IMG/VR virus record: IMGVR_UViG_2551306247_000001
Location: 1 to 64,000 of that record
DNA: 64,000 nt
DNA from: a virus
Lineage: Duplodnaviria; Caudoviricetes
Strand: one strand, 5' to 3'
Position 1 is the stretch's first letter. Each line of letters starts with the position of its first letter. This document shows positions 18,959 to 27,931 of this stretch, piece by piece. The notes beneath the pieces are model-generated. The model saw only the letters and a list, made by a program, of their open reading frames with translations. It had not been told where the DNA came from and ran no database searches. Position numbers and translations under genes: made by a program.

Positions 18959-19432
18959 GTGGCAATCAGGGGGCGAAAACCAAAGCCTACGAATATGAAA
19001 ATACTTGAGGGAAATCCTGGTAAGCGACCACTCCCTTCGAATGAAGTCAAACCCAAACAAAAAGCCCCACGTTGCCCACAGTGGCTTGAAGATGATGCAA
19101 AGAAGGAGTGGAAACGGATGGGAAAAATTCTCGAACAAATGGGAATTTTAACCGAAATGGATATGACTGCTTTTGCAGGTTACTGTCAAGCATACGCTCG
19201 CTGGAAAGAGGCAGAAGAGTTCCTTTCCAAGCATGGCTCCATTATCAAAACACCGAATGGCTATCTCCAACAAGTCCCTCAAGTCTCTATCAGCCAGACC
19301 AACCTCAAAATCATGCTTAAATTCTGTGAACAATTTGGTTTGACACCTTCAGCCCGTAACCGATTAGCAACGATGGATGCGGAAGTTGGTAGTGGTGATG
19401 AAATGGAAGATTTGTTAGGAGGAATTTTATGA
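18959..19432 (+). CDS. terS: Terminase small subunit (P27 family)
   Basis: RGRKPKPT..K.LEGNPGKRPL; YCQAYARW; FGLTPSARNRL. Confidence 0.92.
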   Translation: MAIRGRKPKPTNMKILEGNPGKRPLPSNEVKPKQKAPRCPQWLEDDAKKEWKRMGKILEQMGILTEMDMTAFAGYCQAYARWKEAEEFLSKHGSIIKTPNGYLQQVPQVSISQTNLKIMLKFCEQFGLTPSARNRLATMDAEVGSGDEMEDLLGGIL

Positions 19433-21021
19433 GCTATCATTATGAACCAAGTCCATTCATGCTTCCAACCTCACACTATGATAAGGCAAAGGCTGATAGG
19501 GCAGTAACATTTATCAATAACCTCTCCCACACCAAAGGCAAGTGGGCTGGAAAGCGATTTGATTTGTTGCCGTGGCAGGAACAGATTGTCCGTGACCTAT
19601 TTGGAATTGTCAAGGAAGATGGCAACCGTCAATTCCTAACAGCCTATATAGAAATTCCAAAGAAGAATGGCAAGTCTGAGTTAGCGGCAGCTATCGCTCT
19701 TTATCTATTATATGCGGATAATGAAGCCAGTGCAGAAGTTTATGGTGCGGCTTGTGACCGAAATCAAGCGTCAATCGTGTTTGATGTAGCCAAGCAAATG
19801 GTGCAGATGAGTCGCCCCTTGGAAAAGCGTTCTAAGATAATGGGAGCTACCAAGCGTATTGTAAATTATTCTAACGCTGGTTTTTACCAAGTTCTTTCTG
19901 CAGAGACTGGGACAAAGCATGGACTAAACGTATCTGGCTTGGTCTTTGATGAAATCCACGCTCAGCCTAATCGTCATTTGTATGATGTATTAACCAAGGG
20001 GTCAGGAGACGCAAGGGAACAACCCCTCTTTTTTATTATCACAACAGCTGGAACGGATAGAAACTCTATCTGTTATGAGTTACATACCAAAGCATTGGAT
20101 ATTCTGAATAGTAGGAAGAAGGACACTTCATTCTATCCAGTGGTTTATGGTTTATCTGATGAAGATGATTGGAATGATGAAGCTAACTGGCTCAAGGCCA
20201 ACCCTTCACTAGGGCATACTATTGGGATTGATCGTGTAAGAGAAGCCTACCAACAGGCACTTGATAATCCTGCAGAAGAGAATGTCTTTAAGCAGCTCCG
20301 TCTAAATATGTGGACAAGTTCAAGTGTTGCTTGGATTCCTGAACATGTTTATGCCAAAGGAAATGATTCTATACAATATGATAGTCTTAGAGGTCGTAGC
20401 TGTTATGCAGGTTTAGACCTTTCTAGTACGTCAGATATAACGGCTTTTGTCTTGGTATTCCCCCCTAGATTTGAAGAGGAGAATTATATTGTTCTGCCGT
20501 TCTTTTGGCTACCAGAAGATACATTGGAGCTTAGATGTCGACGTGACCATGTTCTATATGATGTTTGGGAGCGTCAGGGTTACATCAAAACTACAGAGGG
20601 TAATGTTGTTCACTATGGTTTTGTCGAAAAATTTATTGAAGACTTATCTGAAATCTATCATATTAAGGAAATAGCCTATGACCGTTGGAATGCGACACAG
20701 ATGGTTCAGAATCTAGAAGGAATGGGCTTGACCATGGTGCCTTTCGGTCAGGGATACAAGGATATGAGTCCACCATCAAAGGAACTTTATAAACTTATGA
20801 TGGAAGGCAAGATTCAACATGGTGGGCATCCAGTTCTGAAATGGATGGGACAAAACGTAGTCATGAGACAAGACCCTGCTGGTAATATCAAGCCTGATAA
20901 GGAAAAGTCAGTCGAGAAGATTGACGGTATTGTAGCACTCATTATGGGACTGGATCGTTGTATTCGTCATCAAACCGATGAAGGAAGTGTGTATGATGAA
21001 CGTGGAATATTGAGTTTTTAG
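19429..21021 (+). CDS. terL: Terminase large subunit
   Basis: IPKKNGKSE Walker A, FDEIH, GLDLS, KIDG. Confidence 0.95.
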   Translation: MSYHYEPSPFMLPTSHYDKAKADRAVTFINNLSHTKGKWAGKRFDLLPWQEQIVRDLFGIVKEDGNRQFLTAYIEIPKKNGKSELAAAIALYLLYADNEASAEVYGAACDRNQASIVFDVAKQMVQMSRPLEKRSKIMGATKRIVNYSNAGFYQVLSAETGTKHGLNVSGLVFDEIHAQPNRHLYDVLTKGSGDAREQPLFFIITTAGTDRNSICYELHTKALDILNSRKKDTSFYPVVYGLSDEDDWNDEANWLKANPSLGHTIGIDRVREAYQQALDNPAEENVFKQLRLNMWTSSSVAWIPEHVYAKGNDSIQYDSLRGRSCYAGLDLSSTSDITAFVLVFPPRFEEENYIVLPFFWLPEDTLELRCRRDHVLYDVWERQGYIKTTEGNVVHYGFVEKFIEDLSEIYHIKEIAYDRWNATQMVQNLEGMGLTMVPFGQGYKDMSPPSKELYKLMMEGKIQHGGHPVLKWMGQNVVMRQDPAGNIKPDKEKSVEKIDGIVALIMGLDRCIRHQTDEGSVYDERGILSF

Positions 21022-21051
21022 TTGACAAAATAAAGTAAAATGCGTTACAAT
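21022..21051 (+). promoter_or_regulatory. Sigma-A promoter of the TA operon
   Basis: TTGACA-N18-TACAAT. Confidence 0.6.
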
Positions 21052-21080
21052 TACAGTACAAAATTCAAAGGAGAAATAGT

Positions 21081-21383
21081 ATGGGAAAAACAGCCACTCT
21101 AAATGTACGTGTTGATTCAGATGATAAATCAAATGCAGAAAGTGTCTTGAAAGAGCTTGGAATGCCTATGTCTACTTTGATTACCTTATTGTTGAAGCAG
21201 GTTTCTATGACACGAAGCATTCCGTTTGATATTGCCTTACCACAAGCCCCTGCTTCTGTGGATGTCTCATCTCTGTCTGCTGGTGAATTGAAAGACATAT
21301 TGGTGCAGAGCTATTACGCAGCGGATCAGGAAGAAACGATTTTGGTGGAAGATTTTTTCAAAGATTTTAAAGGGGTAAATTAA
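21081..21383 (+). CDS. RelB/DinJ-family antitoxin
   Basis: TLNVRVD..DK..AE.VL.ELG..MS..I...LKQ......IPF. Confidence 0.85.
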   Translation: MGKTATLNVRVDSDDKSNAESVLKELGMPMSTLITLLLKQVSMTRSIPFDIALPQAPASVDVSSLSAGELKDILVQSYYAADQEETILVEDFFKDFKGVN

Positions 21384-21721
21384 TGAGAGAATATCCTGTG
21401 AGATTGACAAAACAAGCCAGTGAAGATTTAACTGCCATTTATCGCTTTATTGCGATAGAGTTACAATCTCCCTTAACAGCAGATAAAAATCTCCATCTTT
21501 TTGAAAAATCCATCAAATCCTTATCGACATTTCCAGAACGTTGTCCTATTCTTGAAGGGTTTGAGAGTGAGGGTATTGTAATTCGAAAACTTATTGTTAA
21601 AAACTATGTTGTATTTTATCGTTTTGTTGGAGAGGTTGTAACTGTACTTCGAGTATTACATGGTACTTCTAACATTGATGCGTTATTGAGAGCTATTGCA
21701 GAAGATAATGATGTGAACTAA
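21383..21721 (+). CDS. RelE/ParE-family toxin
   Basis: V.LT.QA.EDL..IY.FIA...LS.FPER....RKL.VKNY.VFY....V.VLRVLHG; coupled to antitoxin. Confidence 0.85.
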   Translation: MREYPVRLTKQASEDLTAIYRFIAIELQSPLTADKNLHLFEKSIKSLSTFPERCPILEGFESEGIVIRKLIVKNYVVFYRFVGEVVTVLRVLHGTSNIDALLRAIAEDNDVN

Positions 21722-21726
21722 TATTG

Positions 21727-21751
21727 GCATCTCCAAGCGGAGGTGCTTTTT
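21727..21751 (+). terminator. Rho-independent terminator
   Basis: ggcatctcc-aagc-ggaggtgctttt. Confidence 0.65.
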
Positions 21752-21797
21752 CTATTCAAAGTGTTCAAAAAATAGTTGATAATATCGCCAAAATGAC

Positions 21798-21826
21798 TTG
21801 ATAAGTCCTTGCTTCTACGGTAATAT
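21798..21826 (+). promoter_or_regulatory. Motif B promoter TTGATA-N17-TAATAT
   Basis: Preceded by ATGAC, followed by acaaaaagaagaggggaacaa as in the other copies. Confidence 0.6.
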
Positions 21827-21857
21827 GTGACTACAAAAAGAAGAGGGGAACAAAACA

Positions 21858-22202
21858 ATGGCAACAAAAGCACGGATTGGATTATTGACGAAAAACCATA
21901 CAGCACAAACAATCGAGGTAGCGTATGAAGGATATCCAGAATACACTGGGGAACTTCTGAAGAAACACTTTAAATCAAGCAAAGAAATTCGTGCATTACT
22001 TCAGAAAGGTGATATCATTCAGCTTGAAGATAGTCTTGACAAAATTGAACACGATGACTTACAGGGGAATGCCCAGCAACATCGTTTCATCGGTGACATC
22101 AGTCAATTGGCAGAGGATACCCTGGCAGATTACATTTATCTTTTTCAAGAAAGTGATAGAACATGGTATCTTCTTGAAGAAGGAGAGATGAAAAACATCT
22201 AA
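21858..22202 (+). CDS. Hypothetical moron-like protein
   Basis: MATKARIG...YEGYPEYTG.LL.. ORF with its own promoter and a terminator at 22214-22239. Confidence 0.65.
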   Translation: MATKARIGLLTKNHTAQTIEVAYEGYPEYTGELLKKHFKSSKEIRALLQKGDIIQLEDSLDKIEHDDLQGNAQQHRFIGDISQLAEDTLADYIYLFQESDRTWYLLEEGEMKNI

Positions 22203-22259
22203 GAACAAACGATAAGCACTTCAATCGAGGTGCTTTTTTCGTACTCAAAAGGAGGAACT

Positions 22260-23543
22260 ATGGGACTACTAGATTTACTGGGACGTAAGCGGGCTAGAGA
22301 TAAGCCACGAAATAGTTATGAAGGTCAGGACTTTTCCTATCTGTTTGGACGAACGACCAGTGGGGAAAATGTGGATGAGTTTAAAGCTATGCAGACGACT
22401 GCTGTTTATGCTTGTGTCCGTATCTTGGCTGAAGCAGTAGCTTCACTACCCATTCATGTTTACGAGAGAACTGCAACTGGAAAGGAGAAAAAGGTGGAAC
22501 ATCCCCTTTATTTTCTCTTACATGATGAACCTAACCCTGAGATGTCATCCTTTGTTTTTAGAGAAACCTTGATGACCCATCTACTGATATGGGGCAATGC
22601 CTATGTCCAGATTATCCGAGATAGGAGTGGACAGGTTATCAGTCTTTACCCACTTTTACCAGATAAGATGTCAGTTCATCGAGATGAGAGTGGTAAGCTC
22701 TATTATAAATACAAGCGTCAGTCAGAGGAAAATCCAAACTTTAAGGAAAAGGGAGATGCTATATTGAAAGCAGATGATGTTCTCCATGTTCCGGGTCTGG
22801 GGTTTGATGGCTTGATAGGTTATTCTCCAATTGCTCTTGCAAAAAATGCTATCGGTATGACATTGGCTACGGAAAACTATGGGGCATCATTCTTTAAAAA
22901 TGGTGCAAATCCAGGAGGAGTTTTGGAACACCCAGGTATTCTCAAAGATCCCAAACGAGTGAGAGATTCATGGAATGCAGTCTATAATGGGGTAACCAAT
23001 GCCCACAAAGTGGCAGTACTTGAGGAAGGGATGAAATACACTCAAGTAGGCATACCGCCTGAAGAAGCCCAGTTTCTTCAGACAAGAAAATTCCAAATCA
23101 ATGAAATTGCAAGGCTCTACCGCATTCCACCTCATATGGTTGGTGACTTGGAGAAATCCTCATTTTCAAACATTGAGCAACAGTCTTTAGAATTTGTTAA
23201 ATATACCTTAGACCCTTGGGTAGTTCGTCTCGAACAGGCTTTCAAGAGGTCTCTTTTTTTACCTGAAGAAAAGAAAACCTACTTTGTGAAGTTCAATGTG
23301 GATGGTCTTCTTCGTGGTGATTATCAGAGTCGAATGAATGGGTATGCAATTGGTAGACAAAATGGCTGGCTATCAACGAACGATATTCGTGAACTTGAGG
23401 ATTTGAATCTACTTTCAGATAAGGAAGGAGGTAATCTCTACTTGATAAATGGAAACATGACGAAACTGAAGGATGCAGGTGGCTTTATGAAACAAGTACC
23501 GTCAGAACAAGAAATTCAATCTGAGGAGGATATGGATGCATAA
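22260..23543 (+). CDS. Portal protein (HK97 family)
   Basis: AVYACVRILAE.VASLP, GNAY, GYSPI, NIEQQSLEF; start at ATG 22260. Confidence 0.95.
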   Translation: MGLLDLLGRKRARDKPRNSYEGQDFSYLFGRTTSGENVDEFKAMQTTAVYACVRILAEAVASLPIHVYERTATGKEKKVEHPLYFLLHDEPNPEMSSFVFRETLMTHLLIWGNAYVQIIRDRSGQVISLYPLLPDKMSVHRDESGKLYYKYKRQSEENPNFKEKGDAILKADDVLHVPGLGFDGLIGYSPIALAKNAIGMTLATENYGASFFKNGANPGGVLEHPGILKDPKRVRDSWNAVYNGVTNAHKVAVLEEGMKYTQVGIPPEEAQFLQTRKFQINEIARLYRIPPHMVGDLEKSSFSNIEQQSLEFVKYTLDPWVVRLEQAFKRSLFLPEEKKTYFVKFNVDGLLRGDYQSRMNGYAIGRQNGWLSTNDIRELEDLNLLSDKEGGNLYLINGNMTKLKDAGGFMKQVPSEQEIQSEEDMDA

Positions 23544-24231
23544 GTTTTGGAATTTTACAGACGATGATAGTGGTCGAACCCTTCGTATAGAAGGACAGAT
23601 TGCTGATGAGACGTGGTTTGGCGATGAAGTCACGCCACAGGTATTTAAAAATGATTTACATGCAGGAAACGGAGACATCACCCTCTGGATTAATAGTCCA
23701 GGGGGTGATGTTTTTGCGGCTGCTCAAATCTATAATATGTTAATGGATTACAAAGGTGATGTCCATGTAGTGATTGATGGCTTAGCCGCAAGTGCTGCGA
23801 GTGTCATTGCCATGGCAGGTACAACAGTTTCTATGAGTCCAGTTGCCATGATGATGATTCACAACCCTTGGACTGTGGCACAAGGTGAAGCCAAGGATAT
23901 GCAGAAAGTCATTGAAATGTTGGGAGAAATTAAGGAATCCATCATCAATGCCTACGAACTAAGAACAGGACTTTCAAGAACCAAACTCTCGCACCTCATG
24001 GACTCAGAGTCTTGGTTCAATGCCAAAAAGGCTGTTGAACTAGGCTTTGCGGACAAGATTCTCTTTGACAAACAAGAGGAACATGGAATGGAGACTGAGA
24101 GTTATTCTTTCAGTCGAACTGCTGCCCAACAAGATTTACTTGTAAAAATGCAGGCGAAACTTGAAGTTCAACAATCAAAGAAAACAATCCCTATCAATCA
24201 GTTGGAAAAACGATTGAATTTGCTCAAATAA
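23536..24231 (+). CDS. ClpP-like head maturation protease
   Basis: WINSPGGDVF, IDGLAASAAS, MMIHNPW. Confidence 0.93.
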   Translation: MHKFWNFTDDDSGRTLRIEGQIADETWFGDEVTPQVFKNDLHAGNGDITLWINSPGGDVFAAAQIYNMLMDYKGDVHVVIDGLAASAASVIAMAGTTVSMSPVAMMMIHNPWTVAQGEAKDMQKVIEMLGEIKESIINAYELRTGLSRTKLSHLMDSESWFNAKKAVELGFADKILFDKQEEHGMETESYSFSRTAAQQDLLVKMQAKLEVQQSKKTIPINQLEKRLNLLK

Positions 24232-24249
24232 CGAAAGGAAAATGAACTG

Positions 24250-25455
24250 ATGTCTAAATTACTTGAATTGAAAGAAAAACGTAACCAAGCTTGGCAACAA
24301 GCAAAAACCTTCCTTGATTCTGTTCGCTCAGAAGACGGACTGGTGTCAGAGGAAGATTCCAAACGCTATGATGATATGGAAGCAAAAATCAACCTCTACA
24401 ATCAAGAAATTGCTCGATTGGAGCGTCAAGAAAAGATTGACCTTGAACTTTCTCAACCAGCATCACAAGCCCTTATTGGACAACCCACTACAGTTTTGAA
24501 TGACAAAACTACTGAAGAGGAAAAGAAAGGTGTGGCTTCAGAAAGCTATGCCAAGACATTTTGGACAAGTGTCCGAAAACGTCACTTCTTTGATGTTAAA
24601 GACGTCCTTCGAGTAGGGGAAGATACCGAAGGCGGTCATCTTGTTCCAGATGAGTATGAGAAGAAACTGATTCAAGGATTACAAGAAGAGAATTTCTTCC
24701 GTAGTCTTGCGACTGTCATTAAAACCTCTAGTGGTGAGCGTAAGATTCCTGTTGTGACTGGACACGGTTCAGCATCATGGATGGATGAAAATGGTCTCTA
24801 TCCTGAAACAGAAGAATCCTTTGGTCAGGTGACACTAGACTCTCATAAGATAGGGACTGCTATTCGTATTTCTGAAGAGTTGCTTAACGATTCAGTCTTT
24901 GACCTTGAGTCCTATATGACAGCTGAATTTGCTCGTCGTATTGGAACGGAAGAAGAAAAGGCATTCTTGATTGGTGATGGCTCTAAGAAACCAACTGGTA
25001 TCTTTACTCAGGCAGATGTAACTGGTCCAACAACTGCTACAAAGGATATTTCCTTTGACGACATGATTGAACTGTATCATTCTCTCCCTGCCCCATACCG
25101 TAAGAACGCAGTTTGGATTTTACATGATACGACTGTCAAAGCTATCCGTAAACTCAAGGACAACAACGGTAATTACATTTGGCAGCCATCCACTCAAGCT
25201 GGACAACCAGATTTGATTCTAAATCGTCCATACTATACATCGACATTTGCCCCACTACCTGAAGCAGGAAACAAAGCCATTGCATTTGGCGATTTTTCTT
25301 ATTATTGGATTGCGGATCGTCAGGGACGTACCTTCAAACGTCTGAATGAACTCTATGCCAATAATGGACAGATTGGATTTCTTGCTTCACAACGTGTGGA
25401 TGGTAAGTTAGTCCTACCTGAAGCCGTAAAGAGCCTAACTGTGAAGGCTAAGTAA
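24250..25455 (+). CDS. Major capsid protein (HK97 fold)
   Basis: Coiled-coil delta domain, EGGHLVPDE, SEELLNDS, GDFSYYWIADR. Confidence 0.95.
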   Translation: MSKLLELKEKRNQAWQQAKTFLDSVRSEDGLVSEEDSKRYDDMEAKINLYNQEIARLERQEKIDLELSQPASQALIGQPTTVLNDKTTEEEKKGVASESYAKTFWTSVRKRHFFDVKDVLRVGEDTEGGHLVPDEYEKKLIQGLQEENFFRSLATVIKTSSGERKIPVVTGHGSASWMDENGLYPETEESFGQVTLDSHKIGTAIRISEELLNDSVFDLESYMTAEFARRIGTEEEKAFLIGDGSKKPTGIFTQADVTGPTTATKDISFDDMIELYHSLPAPYRKNAVWILHDTTVKAIRKLKDNNGNYIWQPSTQAGQPDLILNRPYYTSTFAPLPEAGNKAIAFGDFSYYWIADRQGRTFKRLNELYANNGQIGFLASQRVDGKLVLPEAVKSLTVKAK

Positions 25456-25715
25456 TGATGGTCAGTTTAGTAGAAGCAAAACAGTATCTCAAAGTGGAAC
25501 ACGATGATGAGGATGGACTGATTGAGCAATTGCTTGAAACCAGTCAACAACTCTGTGAAGATATTTTGCGACAATCAATTTATTCAGAAGTTCTAAAGAC
25601 GGCAATCCTATACGGGGTTGCCTATCTTTATGAACACAGAGAATATGCAAATCATAGAGAGTTGAAGGAGACACTTTATCACTTATTGTTGGCTGAACGA
25701 AAGGATGTGTTCTGA
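25455..25715 (+). CDS. Head-tail connector (gp6-like)
   Basis: VSL.EAK.YLKV..D.ED.LI; YLYEHRE. Confidence 0.88.
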   Translation: MMVSLVEAKQYLKVEHDDEDGLIEQLLETSQQLCEDILRQSIYSEVLKTAILYGVAYLYEHREYANHRELKETLYHLLLAERKDVF

Positions 25716-26053
25716 TGAAGATTGCACCTTTGAGGGAACGCTTGTCGTTTCATGTTCGACAGATTGTTCAAGATGATATTGGCAATGAAACTTCGACATG
25801 GATACCTTTATTTGAACGGTGGTGCTCTTGCCGTCCTCTCACCTTGACCGAAAGGGATGGGAGTGTGACGAAACTGGAACAAGAGAAAGTCCAGTTCACC
25901 CTCAGGTATGAAAAAGCAATTCTTGGACTTCATTCCTTAACGACCCGCATTCAATTTCGTGGTCAAACCTATGAGATTGAGTCGATTGATGGAGATACAG
26001 TGCCAAGGCAACTGATTTACATCATTGCTATTAAGGAGAAGAGTTATGACTAA
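25715..26053 (+). CDS. Head closure protein
   Basis: DDIGN...W; FTLRY; RI.F.G..Y.I; position. Confidence 0.8.
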   Translation: MKIAPLRERLSFHVRQIVQDDIGNETSTWIPLFERWCSCRPLTLTERDGSVTKLEQEKVQFTLRYEKAILGLHSLTTRIQFRGQTYEIESIDGDTVPRQLIYIIAIKEKSYD

Positions 26054-26414
26054 AATTGGACTGAATGCACTAGAAACTGCCATAGCAAATGAGCTAGCTG
26101 AGTATGTGCAGGACACTACAGAGGTGATGCGTGAAGTTGTAGAGGAAGTCACTGAGGAATCTATTGAATCCTTGAAAGCAACGTCACCTAGAAAGAGTGG
26201 ATCTTATGCCAAAGGGTGGAAGAGTAAAGCAACGATTGATACCAGTACAGGTTTAACCAAAACCATTCATAATCGAACAACAGGCCTGACGCATCTATTA
26301 GAAAATGGTCATGCCAAAAGCTCTGGTGGGCGAGTTGAGGGAATCAAGCATATCGCTCCCGTTGAGAAACAAGCGATACAATCCTTAGAGGAAAAGCTGA
26401 GAAAGCGAGTGTGA
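26046..26414 (+). CDS. HK97 gp10-like tail completion protein
   Basis: SP..SG.YAKGW; LTHLLENGHA...GGRV.G..HIAP. Confidence 0.85.
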   Translation: MTKIGLNALETAIANELAEYVQDTTEVMREVVEEVTEESIESLKATSPRKSGSYAKGWKSKATIDTSTGLTKTIHNRTTGLTHLLENGHAKSSGGRVEGIKHIAPVEKQAIQSLEEKLRKRV

Positions 26415-26420
26415 TGAGAC

Positions 26421-26747
26421 ATGTTACTAAGTGAAATGTACTCCATTCTCAAAGAATTACAGCTCCCAGTCGCCTACCATCATTTTGAAGAAGGGAGTCA
26501 TCCAAGACCACCGTATCTAGTATATTTGGTGACTGATTCAGATAATCATGGTGCAGACAATTGGACCTATCATAAGCAAAATAATCTGCAAGTGGAACTC
26601 TATACCACTAAGAAAGATTTAGCAACTGAACAAAAGGTGGAGTCATTATTTGACAGCCACCTTATTTATTTTGAAAAAGTAGAGAACTATATCTCATCAG
26701 AAAAACTCTACCAAATAACCTATTACATCACATTACACGGAGGATAA
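26421..26747 (+). CDS. Tail terminator protein
   Basis: LPVAYHHF..P.PPY.VY; ELYT.KKD; position before major tail. Confidence 0.75.
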   Translation: MLLSEMYSILKELQLPVAYHHFEEGSHPRPPYLVYLVTDSDNHGADNWTYHKQNNLQVELYTTKKDLATEQKVESLFDSHLIYFEKVENYISSEKLYQITYYITLHGG

Positions 26748-26748
26748 T

Positions 26749-27318
26749 ATGGCTGAAAAGAATAAGGTCACCTTTGGACTACAAGATGTCCATTGGGCAG
26801 AAGTTACAAGCGAAGGTTCTGATGGTGCGTTGACATACGGCAATGTAGAACGCCTTCGTGGTGCTGCAGAATTAACCCTTGAACCAACAGGAGACAAGGG
26901 TTCTTATAAGGCAGACAATATCAATTTTTATACAACGGAGTCAAACGATGGTTATGAAGGAACGCTAAAAGTTGCTCTTCTAACGCAGGAATTTTTGACT
27001 CGAGTCCTTGGAGAACAGTTGGATGCGACGACAAATACCATCTCAGAAGTCGCAAACAGCGAGAAGAAAAATTTTGCGTTGATGTTCCGATTTGAAGGGG
27101 ATAAGAAAGAAACATTACACGTTTTGTATTATTGTTACGCCTCTCGTCCGACTGTTGGTTCAAAAACCAAGTCAGGTTCAGATATCAATGAGGTAGAGTT
27201 GACCTTTACTGCCAGTCCTCGCCCGCTTGATAAGGTTGTGCGTCGACGAACAACAGAGGAAACGAGCGATGAGATTCGTCAAAATTGGTTCAAGGCAGTT
27301 TTTGAACCTCGTAAGTAA
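26749..27318 (+). CDS. Major tail (tube) protein
   Basis: NKVTFGL.DVH.A; YKADN; FALMFRFEGD; HVLY...ASRP. Confidence 0.9.
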   Translation: MAEKNKVTFGLQDVHWAEVTSEGSDGALTYGNVERLRGAAELTLEPTGDKGSYKADNINFYTTESNDGYEGTLKVALLTQEFLTRVLGEQLDATTNTISEVANSEKKNFALMFRFEGDKKETLHVLYYCYASRPTVGSKTKSGSDINEVELTFTASPRPLDKVVRRRTTEETSDEIRQNWFKAVFEPRK

Positions 27319-27329
27319 GGGAGAAGGCC

Positions 27330-27749
27330 ATGAGAGAAAGTATTACCATAGCAGGAACAACCTACGAGTTAGCAACCAATGCCTACACACCAATTGCTTA
27401 TAAAGAGCAGTTTGGTAAGGACTATTTCCAAGATCTCTTTTCTATGGTCAATAGTCAAGCTATCTTGGATAAGCTAGACCAGCTGGAGGAAGGGGAAGAA
27501 CTCAAGGCAAGTCAGGTTGATGTGTCTATCTTATCTGACTTTGATATGACCTTTTTCCATCGAATTTTTTGGGTTTTTGCTAAATCTGCCAATCCTCGTG
27601 TGAAACCTTTTGTGGATTTCTTCATGGAATTGGAGGAATTTCCAGTTCAGGAAGTAGCCCCTGTCTTGATGAATATGTTGAACCAAGGGATGTCAACCAG
27701 AAAAAAGCAGATGAAACAGAAACAGCGAGTGAGGAAATCTTCACAGTAG
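27330..27749 (+). CDS. Tail assembly chaperone (gpG-like)
   Basis: Between tail tube and tape measure; Y..QFGKDYFQDL. Confidence 0.8.
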   Translation: MRESITIAGTTYELATNAYTPIAYKEQFGKDYFQDLFSMVNSQAILDKLDQLEEGEELKASQVDVSILSDFDMTFFHRIFWVFAKSANPRVKPFVDFFMELEEFPVQEVAPVLMNMLNQGMSTRKKQMKQKQRVRKSSQ

Positions 27750-27913
27750 AGAGCTATTTCTCCTGTTGTAAGGAGACTGGTTTGACCATTGACGATTTAA
27801 AACATATCTCTATTGGGATGGCACTTGACTACCAAACAGATTATGTGGAGATGCGTACTTGGGAAACTTCACAAACACGCCCAGCAACTCAAGCTGATTT
27901 TGATAATTTCTGA
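27701..27913 (+). CDS. -1 frameshift extension of the chaperone (gpGT-like)
   Basis: In-frame slippery A AAA AAG at 27701-27707; -1 frame open to TGA 27911-27913 ending ATQADFDNF. Confidence 0.8.
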   Translation, partial: KKADETETASEEIFTVESYFSCCKETGLTIDDLKHISIGMALDYQTDYVEMRTWETSQTRPATQADFDNF

Positions 27914-27931
27914 TGGTAGAAAGGAGGGACT

